Part shown: positions 9,220 to 17,270 of the stretch, piece by piece
Layout of the letters: each line of letters starts with the position of its first letter
Position numbering within the stretch: position 1 is the first letter of the stretch
DNA from: Flavobacteriales bacterium
Lineage (GTDB): Bacteria > Bacteroidota > Bacteroidia > NS11-12g > UBA955
Length of the DNA stretch: 64,000 nt
Direction of reading: 5' to 3'
Assembly (NCBI GenBank): GCA_947447955.1
Contig: CANFLS010000005.1
Location: forward strand, 56,082 to 120,081
Notes under the pieces: model-generated
The model's input: only the letters and a program-made list of their open reading frames with translations
What the model was told of the DNA's origin: nothing
Database searches by the model: none
Program-made: the position numbers and the translations under genes

Positions 9220-9243
9220 CTGTTTAGAAAAACACGAAATAAA

Positions 9244-9330
9244 AAAAGGCGGTATCGCGTCGCTACAACCCACTGCCCTTGCTTCCTTCCGGACCTGGGG
9301 GGATTCATGAGGAGCTGACCGTACCGCCGG
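9244..9330 (-). ncRNA. ffs: Signal recognition particle RNA (small 4.5S-type SRP RNA)
   Basis: The reverse strand reads GGCGGTACGGTCAGCTCCTCATGAATCCCCCCAGGTCCGGAAGGAAGCAAGGGCAGTGGGTTGTAGCGACGCGATACCGCC-TTTTTTT. It contains the universal domain IV core CAGGUCCGGAAGGAAGCA with a GGAA tetraloop. The 5' GGCGGTA pairs with the 3' TACCGCC, and a U-tract follows. Ends are approximate. Confidence 0.85.
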
Positions 9331-9332
9331 TG

Positions 9333-9340
9333 CAAAGATA
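9333..9340 (-). promoter_or_regulatory. -7 box TATCTTTG (minus strand) for the SRP RNA
   Basis: Plus strand CAAAGATA lies a few nt upstream of the predicted 5' end of the SRP RNA closing helix. Confidence 0.5.
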
Positions 9341-9393
9341 CTGCCTTTTCTTTAGACCATCAATCGAAATTCAAAAAATCGTATTCATTTCAT

Positions 9394-9401
9394 TATCTTT
9401 G
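9394..9401 (+). promoter_or_regulatory. -7 box TATCTTTG, 4 nt before the lptB ATG
   Basis: TATCTTTG-ccac-ATG (9406). Confidence 0.55.
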
Positions 9402-9405
9402 CCAC

Positions 9406-10158
9406 ATGCGCCTTCGCTCCGAAAACTTAATTAAACAATACGGCTCCAAAAAAGTTGTAAATGACGTAAGTGTTGAAGTAAACCAAGGAGAAATTGTTGG
9501 TCTTTTAGGACCTAACGGTGCCGGTAAAACCACCACATTTTACATGTGTGTGGGTCTTGTGAAGCCCGATAAAGGCAAAATTTACCTCGATGACAAAGAC
9601 ATTACCAAATTGCCAATGTATAAAAGGGCCCAATTTGGTATTGGTTATTTACCTCAAGAAGCTTCAGTATTTAGAGATCTCAGCGTAGAAGACAATATCA
9701 AAGCCATTCTTGAAATGACTCCACTTACCAAAATTCAACAAGAAGAGAAATTAGAAAAATTGATCGATGAATTTAGTTTGGGTAGGGTAAGAACCAATTT
9801 GGGCAAAGTTTTGAGCGGCGGTGAACGCAGAAGAACCGAAATTGCCCGCGCATTGGCAACTGATCCTCATTTTATCCTCCTAGACGAACCTTTTGCTGGA
9901 GTTGACCCAATTGCCGTAGAAGATATTCAAAGCATTGTAGCAAAGCTTAAAGACCGTAATATTGGAATTTTAATAACCGATCACAATGTGCAAGAAACTT
10001 TAAGCATTACAGATCGCGCTTATTTGCTTTTTGAGGGAAAATTACTCAAGCAAGGAAATGCAGAGGAACTCGCAAACGATGAATTGGTGCGTAAAGTTTA
10101 TCTAGGTCAAAACTTCGAGTTGCGACGCAAATCACCAAAACAAGAAATTACAGAATGA
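9406..10158 (+). CDS. lptB: LPS export ABC transporter ATP-binding protein LptB
   Basis: 250 aa, soluble ABC ATPase. [57 protein letters not shown] and the C-terminal VRKVYLG are all LptB-typical. Confidence 0.85.
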   Translation: MRLRSENLIKQYGSKKVVNDVSVEVNQGEIVGLLGPNGAGKTTTFYMCVGLVKPDKGKIYLDDKDITKLPMYKRAQFGIGYLPQEASVFRDLSVEDNIKAILEMTPLTKIQQEEKLEKLIDEFSLGRVRTNLGKVLSGGERRRTEIARALATDPHFILLDEPFAGVDPIAVEDIQSIVAKLKDRNIGILITDHNVQETLSITDRAYLLFEGKLLKQGNAEELANDELVRKVYLGQNFELRRKSPKQEITE

Positions 10159-11102
10159 GATTGATTGTTTCACGCAGTCTTTGTCCGTATTTCCATCTCG
10201 CTGCAGAAGCATTCTTTTTACAACAAACAGACGAAAATATTTTACTTATTTGGCAAAGTGAAAGTGCCGTAGTTTCAGGCAAACACCAAAATATCTGCGC
10301 CGAAATCAATTATAAGTTCTGCAAGGAAAACAATATTTTACCTGCTAGACGCCTTTCAGGTGGCGGAACCGTTTTTCATGACATGGGAAATATTAATTTC
10401 ACATTTATCAAAAATATTGAAACCGAAATGGATAAGGCGGTTAATTACAAGCAATTCCTTGAACCCATTCGCAAAACACTTTTATCATTAGGCATAATAA
10501 CTACCTATAGCCATAGAGATGACTTATTGTTAGATGGGAAAAAAATAAGTGGCAATGCCCAACATATTTTCCAACAAAAAAAACGCGTTTTACACCATGG
10601 AACGCTATTATACGATTGCCAATTAACCAACTTGTCAAAAGCATTGCACTCAGAAGGACAATATGAAGACAAGGCAGTAAAAAGTGTAAGAAGCGTTGTA
10701 ACAAACATCAAAGACTATCACAACTTTGGAGAAACACAAAACTTCTTGGTAACATTCATCAATGAACTAAGCAATTCATTTGGTGCTGCACAATTTCTTT
10801 CAGAAAATGAAGTACAACGTATTGACGAAATAAAGAAAGAAAAGTTTGAGCTTGAAGAATGGATTTTAGGTTACTCACCCAAATATATTCACCGACGGTC
10901 AGTGTCCCTCAATAATAAAAAATTTCAATTGTATTTGTTTGTAGACAAAGGCATTGTAATGGAAATGGAACTCTTCATTGAAGGAGGAGAAAAAAGCTTT
11001 CAAACAGAAACGTTTGAATGTATTTCAAAACCAATTTCTATCGAAACTTTTAAAACCGGGTTTCCCCAAATTTCAGAAACTGAATTGTATCAATTTTTAT
11101 AA
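10155..11102 (+). CDS. lplA: Lipoate-protein ligase (LplA/LplJ family)
   Basis: [20 protein letters not shown] and KISGNAQ motifs of the biotin/lipoate A/B ligase family. ATGA overlap with lptB. Confidence 0.7.
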   Translation: MRLIVSRSLCPYFHLAAEAFFLQQTDENILLIWQSESAVVSGKHQNICAEINYKFCKENNILPARRLSGGGTVFHDMGNINFTFIKNIETEMDKAVNYKQFLEPIRKTLLSLGIITTYSHRDDLLLDGKKISGNAQHIFQQKKRVLHHGTLLYDCQLTNLSKALHSEGQYEDKAVKSVRSVVTNIKDYHNFGETQNFLVTFINELSNSFGAAQFLSENEVQRIDEIKKEKFELEEWILGYSPKYIHRRSVSLNNKKFQLYLFVDKGIVMEMELFIEGGEKSFQTETFECISKPISIETFKTGFPQISETELYQFL

Positions 11103-11717
11103 TTGAATTGCCTTACAAATTGGGCAATTTTCAACGACATGACCTCTGGCCGGACAATATTCGCGGCCATAAAATATAATTTGCAAGTGTATTTTATTCC
11201 ACAATACCCTAGGGGTTAATCTTTTTAAATCCTTCTCTGTTTGTTCTACGTTTTTACCATTTGACAACTTCCATCTTACCGCCAAACGATGAATATGTGT
11301 ATCAACCGGGAAAGCCGGAACACCAAAAGCTTGTGACATAACCACACTCGCGGTTTTATGTCCTACCCCAGGCAAAGCTTCCAAGTCTTCAAAAGTTTCA
11401 GGAACTTGACCACTGTGTTTATCAAGAATTATTTGGCTTAAATCAAAAATGGCTTTGCTCTTAAACGGAGACAATCCACAAGGCTTGATAATTTCACGAA
11501 TTTCTTCAATGGCTAATTTTACCATATCTGAGGGATTGTTAGCCTTTGCAAATAAGGAAGGGGTAATTAAATTCACTCGTTTGTCGGTGCATTGGGCACT
11601 TAACAAAACAGCAATCAATAAGGTATATGCATCTGTATGATCCAAAGGAATAGGAACTTCCGGATATAAATTTTCCAGCGTATCAAGAATAAATTGAACG
11701 CGCTCAGATTTTTTCAT
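11097..11717 (-). CDS. nth: Endonuclease III (DNA glycosylase/AP lyase)
   Basis: HhH-GPD region LPGVGHKTASVV, VDTHIHR, and a C-terminal 4Fe-4S cluster C-x6-C-x2-C-x5-C (CPARGHVVENCPIC). Confidence 0.9.
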   Translation of the reverse strand: MKKSERVQFILDTLENLYPEVPIPLDHTDAYTLLIAVLLSAQCTDKRVNLITPSLFAKANNPSDMVKLAIEEIREIIKPCGLSPFKSKAIFDLSQIILDKHSGQVPETFEDLEALPGVGHKTASVVMSQAFGVPAFPVDTHIHRLAVRWKLSNGKNVEQTEKDLKRLTPRVLWNKIHLQIIFYGREYCPARGHVVENCPICKAIQL

Positions 11718-11725
11718 AAAATTAC

Positions 11726-12688
11726 TTAGATAAAATTACTTAGAATTTGGGCATTTGAAATACCCTCGGCTTCTGCTTTAAAATTGCGAACTATTCTGTG
11801 AGAAAGTACCCAATTCATTACTGCGTGTACATCTTCAATGTCAACAGAGAACTTCCCATTCATCAAGGCGTTGCATTTAGCCCCTAGAATCAAATTTTGT
11901 CCCGCTCTTGGTCCTGCGCCATAAGAAAGATACTTATTTGCCATGGGGTGAGCCCCAGGTGTATTTGAACGTGTTTTTTGAACCAATCCCACTACATATT
12001 CATAAACATTGTTTGTAACAGGTACCTGCCTAACAATATTTTGGTAATCCATAATTTCCTTTGCTGACAATACTGCAGAAGCATTTTCAGAACTACCAGA
12101 AGTAGTTTGTTTTAATATTTGGACCTCTTCATTGAAATTGGGATAATCCAAAACAACCTGATACATAAATCGATCGAGTTGCGCTTCGGGCAAAGGATAC
12201 GTACCTTCTTGTTCAATTGGATTTTGGGTAGCCAAAACAAAGAAAGGTTCAGTTAAATGATAAATAGTTCCACCGGCGGTAACTTGACGTTCTTGCATGG
12301 CCTCTAACAAAGCACTTTGCGTTTTAGGAGGAGTTCTGTTGATTTCATCGGCCAACAATAGATTGGCAAAAACAGGACCTTTAATAAATTTAAATTGTCT
12401 GTTTTCATCCAATATTTCTGAACCAATGATATCACTTGGCATTAAATCCGGAGTAAACTGAATGCGGTTAAAATCTAAGGACATTGCCTGTGAAAGTGTT
12501 TTCACCAACAACGTTTTTGCCAAACCAGGCACACCCACCATAAGTACGTGACCATGGCAGAAAATTGCATTCACCAAAGCGGTTATTACATCTTCTTGGC
12601 CAACAATAACTTTACCAACTTCAGATTTTAACTGATTTACTTTCGCACCAAATTGGGCAGCCAATTCAGCTGTATTTTGATTACTCAT
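11726..12688 (-). CDS. MoxR-family AAA+ ATPase
   Basis: 320 aa. GHVLMVGVPGLAKT Walker A, LLADEINRTPPKTQSALLEAMQE Walker B/sensor, TYPLPEAQLDRF. Classic MoxR layout. Confidence 0.85.
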   Translation of the reverse strand: MSNQNTAELAAQFGAKVNQLKSEVGKVIVGQEDVITALVNAIFCHGHVLMVGVPGLAKTLLVKTLSQAMSLDFNRIQFTPDLMPSDIIGSEILDENRQFKFIKGPVFANLLLADEINRTPPKTQSALLEAMQERQVTAGGTIYHLTEPFFVLATQNPIEQEGTYPLPEAQLDRFMYQVVLDYPNFNEEVQILKQTTSGSSENASAVLSAKEIMDYQNIVRQVPVTNNVYEYVVGLVQKTRSNTPGAHPMANKYLSYGAGPRAGQNLILGAKCNALMNGKFSVDIEDVHAVMNWVLSHRIVRNFKAEAEGISNAQILSNFI

Positions 12689-14072
12689 TTACCCACTTTT
12701 TAATGTTATCGCAATGTAATTCTCTTGTCTTAATTTTGATATAAGTTTTGCCTTTGTATTTGGCAACCCATTTATCAATTGCTAGCTGCTTTTTCTTAGC
12801 TTCAGCTGCCATTTGAATTCTGCTGTAATCTTGAATCAAATTGGCCTGATGCGGAGCAATAAATGATTTCAAATAAACAATTCTATAAACAGCTCTTCCA
12901 TCAGGTAACATAGTAATTTTAGGTTCTGAAAAATTACCTGGTTTCATTTTCTCAACCACCTGTTTTACATCCGTTGGAAGTGTTTCAAACTCAGTTTTTT
13001 GCAAACCTGTTGCTTCATCGGTTAAAAATCCGCAATACCCTTTATTTCCCATTTGCTCACTCGCATGAGATTTAACAGCGGTACACCAATCCAATTTACC
13101 AGATACCAAAACATTATAAATACTATCTGTCAATTTTGACGCTTTGGAATAATCGTCACTTGTATTTTCTGGTCTAATTAAAATATGCTGCGCAATGATT
13201 CTCTCACCTTTGCGTTTGATTAGTTTCATGATATGGTAGCCATAGTCGGTTTGGAAAACTGGACTAATGCTATCTTCTTTTAACTTGAATGCCATTCTTT
13301 CAAATTGACCCACCATTTCTCCTCTACCAAATTCAGGCAACAAACCATTGTTGTTTTTAGAACCTGGATCCATTGAATATGTTCTTGCTAATTTTTCAAA
13401 ACTCTCACCATTTAAAATTCTAACCTTCAAATCTTCTAATTGCGATTTTGCAAAATCTTGTGCAAGTTGTGAATACGGCAATTCCAATATTAACTGAGCA
13501 ACTTCAACTTCTGTAGCTACCAAAGGCAAGCTATCTTGAGGGATATTATCATAGTATTGTTGAACTTCTTTAGGACTAATTCTTACTGGCGATGTAATTT
13601 TATTCCTCATTTCTTGAGCCATTAACTGCTCGCGAATTTTAGGACGAATTTCATCTTTGTACTCTTGAATGGTTTTACCAATATATTTTTCTAACTCAGC
13701 AATACTTCCAACTTGACGTTGGAAATAACGGATTCTATTATCAATATCAGATTCAATTCTATCGTTTGTAATTGGCAAACTATCAATTTCAGCCTGACTC
13801 AACATTAGTTTTTGAATAATCAATTTTTCAAAAAGCAAACAATAAAGCAAATGAGAATCCTTCAAAGTTTGGCCTCTGGCCATATCCATTTTTTCAGTTT
13901 CAAAATCACTACTGCGAATAATTTTTTCACCAATCACAGCCATTATACCATCCACATATTTTGGAGGCAAATTTGGACCTTGTTGCGCTGAAGAAATCCC
14001 CCAAAAAGAAAGGAGAAAAATTAACAGAAAAAACTTGCGTAAATGAATCACCAGTTTCAAATTATTGAGCAC
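12681..14072 (-). CDS. Periplasmic parvulin-type peptidyl-prolyl isomerase, SurA-like
   Basis: Signal peptide, SurA-like N-terminal chaperone region, parvulin domain (AQHILIRPENTSDD...). 8-nt overlap with the MoxR gene. Confidence 0.7.
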   Translation of the reverse strand: MLNNLKLVIHLRKFFLLIFLLSFWGISSAQQGPNLPPKYVDGIMAVIGEKIIRSSDFETEKMDMARGQTLKDSHLLYCLLFEKLIIQKLMLSQAEIDSLPITNDRIESDIDNRIRYFQRQVGSIAELEKYIGKTIQEYKDEIRPKIREQLMAQEMRNKITSPVRISPKEVQQYYDNIPQDSLPLVATEVEVAQLILELPYSQLAQDFAKSQLEDLKVRILNGESFEKLARTYSMDPGSKNNNGLLPEFGRGEMVGQFERMAFKLKEDSISPVFQTDYGYHIMKLIKRKGERIIAQHILIRPENTSDDYSKASKLTDSIYNVLVSGKLDWCTAVKSHASEQMGNKGYCGFLTDEATGLQKTEFETLPTDVKQVVEKMKPGNFSEPKITMLPDGRAVYRIVYLKSFIAPHQANLIQDYSRIQMAAEAKKKQLAIDKWVAKYKGKTYIKIKTRELHCDNIKKWVNE

Positions 14073-16158
14073 CTAGTTTTTGTTTGAAAGTAGAAATCAC
14101 ACTCTCATTAACAGATACATTGTATTTGCTTTCAAGTTCTTTTAACCATTGAACTTCTAATTCTTCTTGGTATTTAGAAGCAACAGGACCTCTGGTTTCT
14201 TCTAATAATTTTGGACCTGCAGGCAAGAACTCTTTTACTTTAACCACAACAAAATCATTTTGAAATTGACCAAGTTTGAAAATTTTATCTTTGGCTGTTT
14301 TATATTCAGGCGTAGCAAATATTTTATTCAAAACATCTGGTTGAGGAAACAAATAAGTATCAGTAGCTTGATATTTTCCAATACGGTAATCAAAATCAAG
14401 TTGTTTCACTTTGGTATGGATTTTCTTCATACTATCAGCTGAAATTCCTTTTTTAGCTTCTTTCATCACTTGTTTTGCCATTTTCTCTGACGAGGAATAG
14501 TATACTTCTATATTAAATCTATCACCCCAAGTATATTCAGATTTATGTTGATCAAAATATTGAGCAAGTCCAACTGAATCGTTGTTCGCACGATCCCATA
14601 CTTTTTCTTGCATTCTATTGAACATCAAAATACCTTCACGATATTCTTGGTAGATATCTCTAAACTCAACTGATTTTTCTTCTAAATGGTTGTTTTGGTA
14701 ATTAACGGCAATATCTTTAACCCAAGAGTTTAATTTAGATTCAACTGCTTCACTCATAGAAGAGTTGATTTTCTTTTTGCCATTCAAATGCATTGCAAAT
14801 TCTTCAACAGTAAAAGATTCACCTGCAAAATTGAACATTTCCATTTTAGGAAAATCAAAAGAAACAGTTTCTTTTTTCTTTGCAACAGGATCTTTTATTT
14901 TGGTATATTTTGCAGGCAACATTTCAACTTTGAAATTACCGTTTAAGAAGTTTGTATCTAATGATTTAACCAAGAAATCAAAAGCTTCTTTGTTTAATTT
15001 ATAGTTTTCTTCCTTTTTAACTTTATCTACCAAAGCATCTACTGAAATTTGAGAACGCTGATTCTGTTGCACTTGATTTTTGAGTGTATTTTTCATTTGA
15101 TCAAATGAACCAATTGGCTTAATTCCCACTTTTTGTAAAATATGCCATCCAAAGCTAGATCTAAATGGAGCAGTCATATCTCCAATATTTGGCAAGTCAT
15201 ATGCTTTATCAATCCAATTCTGACGGTCTATGTCACCCACATATTGGGTATTATTCACATATTCCATTTCGCCACCATTATATTTGCTGCTGTAGTCTTC
15301 ACTGTAAGCCCTAGCCATTACATCAAATTTCTCTTCACCAGATTTTAACTTGGCATAAATTTCTTCTACTTTCTTTTTAGAAGCTTCATCTGTATTTTCA
15401 GCATTTGTACCAACACGAATTAATATGTGTTTTACTTTAATATCACCTCTATTCTTGCGTTTTTCTTCAACGCGAACAATATGAAAACCGAAATCGGTTC
15501 TGAACGGTTCTGAAATTTGTCCAATTGGAGTTTTATACGCTTGGTTTTCAAATTCATAAACAACTTGCAAAGCGGTCATATATCCCAAACTTCCACCTGA
15601 GTTTTTAGTTCCAGGATCTTCTGAATCTGTTTTTGCATATTCTGCAAAATTATCAGCACTCGGATTGCGTTTTAAAGATGCATATACTTCATTGATTCTT
15701 TTTGTTGCTTTTGCAACGTCAGATTCAGAAGCATCTCTGCTACACATAATTAAAATATGCGATACCTTAATTTCAGATTGCATTCTTTCATAAGCTTCTT
15801 CAATTAACCCTTGAGTAACAGCTCTATCATACAAATAATTTCTAGACAATTGCTCACGATACATAGCTAACTCTTGTTTGTAAGCAGCGGCTGTGTCTTT
15901 ACCTGCATCAGATGCATCTTGTATTTTCAATTTGAACTTTACATAAAGCTTCAAATAATCATCAACGTCTTTAGAAGTGACTTTCTTTTCATTCAAATTC
16001 AAGTTTTTTAAGAATTGACGTTCGAATTCACCTAAATACACTTTTTGTTTTCCATTAATGGTAAAAACTACAGGTTCATTGGTCGTGTTTTGAGATTTTA
16101 CATTCCCTAAAACAACGAAACAAAATAAAAACAATACAACACTTTTTATGGGTTTCAT
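14062..16158 (-). CDS. Large parvulin-type PPIase/chaperone (two PPIC domains, PpiD/SurA-like)
   Basis: Two parvulin cores (IKVSHILIM..., IKVKHILIR...). I prefer ATG 16158 (MKPIKSVVLFLFCFVVLGNVKSQ signal peptide) over the track's TTG at 16200. Confidence 0.7.
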   Translation of the reverse strand: MKPIKSVVLFLFCFVVLGNVKSQNTTNEPVVFTINGKQKVYLGEFERQFLKNLNLNEKKVTSKDVDDYLKLYVKFKLKIQDASDAGKDTAAAYKQELAMYREQLSRNYLYDRAVTQGLIEEAYERMQSEIKVSHILIMCSRDASESDVAKATKRINEVYASLKRNPSADNFAEYAKTDSEDPGTKNSGGSLGYMTALQVVYEFENQAYKTPIGQISEPFRTDFGFHIVRVEEKRKNRGDIKVKHILIRVGTNAENTDEASKKKVEEIYAKLKSGEEKFDVMARAYSEDYSSKYNGGEMEYVNNTQYVGDIDRQNWIDKAYDLPNIGDMTAPFRSSFGWHILQKVGIKPIGSFDQMKNTLKNQVQQNQRSQISVDALVDKVKKEENYKLNKEAFDFLVKSLDTNFLNGNFKVEMLPAKYTKIKDPVAKKKETVSFDFPKMEMFNFAGESFTVEEFAMHLNGKKKINSSMSEAVESKLNSWVKDIAVNYQNNHLEEKSVEFRDIYQEYREGILMFNRMQEKVWDRANNDSVGLAQYFDQHKSEYTWGDRFNIEVYYSSSEKMAKQVMKEAKKGISADSMKKIHTKVKQLDFDYRIGKYQATDTYLFPQPDVLNKIFATPEYKTAKDKIFKLGQFQNDFVVVKVKEFLPAGPKLLEETRGPVASKYQEELEVQWLKELESKYNVSVNESVISTFKQKLGAQ

Positions 16159-16197
16159 AAGTCTAATAAATCTTTTATATTTCAATTTTATAACAAG

Positions 16198-16205
16198 CAA
16201 AAATA
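16198..16205 (-). promoter_or_regulatory. -7 box TATTTTTG (minus strand) upstream of the PPIase operon
   Basis: Plus strand CAAAAATA between the obg stop and ATG 16158. It lies inside the TTG-extended ORF, which supports the shorter start. Confidence 0.4.
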
Positions 16206-16222
16206 AGCATTCTTAGCGAATG

Positions 16223-17218
16223 TTACACATTCTCTTCAATGGCCTTAAATAATTCATCTTTGAGAACATCTAACCCTTGTTCGGTAATTGAACTAAAGAA
16301 CAATACCTTAACGTCTCCCATTTCCTTCACGATTTCGGCTTTTAACTCATCGTCAAGCATCTCAGCCTTACTAATTGCTACGATTTTATCTTTCAATACC
16401 AACTCTTCATTAAATTGAGCCAATTCATTGATAAGTGTATTGTATTCCATTCTATGGTTCTTACTATCAGATGGTATTAACAATAACAATACGGCATTTC
16501 GTTCAATGTGCTTTAAAAATCGATGTCCTAACCCCTTACCCAAATGCGCTCCTTCAATAATTCCCGGAATATCGGCCATTACAAAACTTCTAAAGTCACG
16601 ATATTTCACAACCCCTAAATTTGGCGTTAAAGTAGTAAAAGCATAATCTGCAATTTCAGGTTTTGCAGCAGACAAAACGCTCAACAAAGTACTCTTGCCC
16701 GCATTTGGAAAACCAACCAAACCAACATCTGCCAATACTTTCAATTCCAAAACCATCCAACGCTCTACACCTGGTTCACCAGGTTGGGCATATTGTGGTG
16801 CTTGGTTAGTAGGTGTTGCAAAATGAGCATTCCCTAAACCACCTCTACCTCCAGGAATCAATACTTTTTTCTCCCCGTCTGCCGTGATTTCAAATAATAT
16901 CTCACCGGTTTCAGCATCTTTGGCAACAGTTCCCAATGGAACATCCAAAATAATATTTTCGCCAGAAGCACCAGTACTTGTACTTTCACTTCCCCCAATA
17001 CCATCTCCTGCCATAACGTGCTTCCTGAATTTCAAATGCAACAACGTCCACATTTGCTTATTTCCCATAAGAACTATATCACCTCCCTTTCCTCCATCGC
17101 CACCATCTGGACCACCACGTGGATTTATTTTTGAACGATTATAATGACGACTTCCCGCGCCACCATTGCCACTACGACAACATATTTTAACGTAATCAAT
17201 AAAATTACTTTCAGCCAT
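16223..17218 (-). CDS. obg: GTPase Obg/CgtA
   Basis: N-terminal glycine-rich Obg fold (FIDYVKI...GNGGAGS...GGPDGGDGGKGGD) followed by the G domain GFPNAGKST, DIPGIIEGA. Confidence 0.92.
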   Translation of the reverse strand: MAESNFIDYVKICCRSGNGGAGSRHYNRSKINPRGGPDGGDGGKGGDIVLMGNKQMWTLLHLKFRKHVMAGDGIGGSESTSTGASGENIILDVPLGTVAKDAETGEILFEITADGEKKVLIPGGRGGLGNAHFATPTNQAPQYAQPGEPGVERWMVLELKVLADVGLVGFPNAGKSTLLSVLSAAKPEIADYAFTTLTPNLGVVKYRDFRSFVMADIPGIIEGAHLGKGLGHRFLKHIERNAVLLLLIPSDSKNHRMEYNTLINELAQFNEELVLKDKIVAISKAEMLDDELKAEIVKEMGDVKVLFFSSITEQGLDVLKDELFKAIEENV

Positions 17219-17246
17219 TTCACTGCAAAGGTCGTTAAAATTCAGC

Positions 17247-17262
17247 TACCTTTGTATTTTTG
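17247..17262 (+). promoter_or_regulatory. Two abutting -7 boxes (TACCTTTG, TATTTTTG) upstream of leuS
   Basis: The second box ends 8 nt before ATG 17271. Confidence 0.45.
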
Positions 17263-17270
17263 CACTCGGA

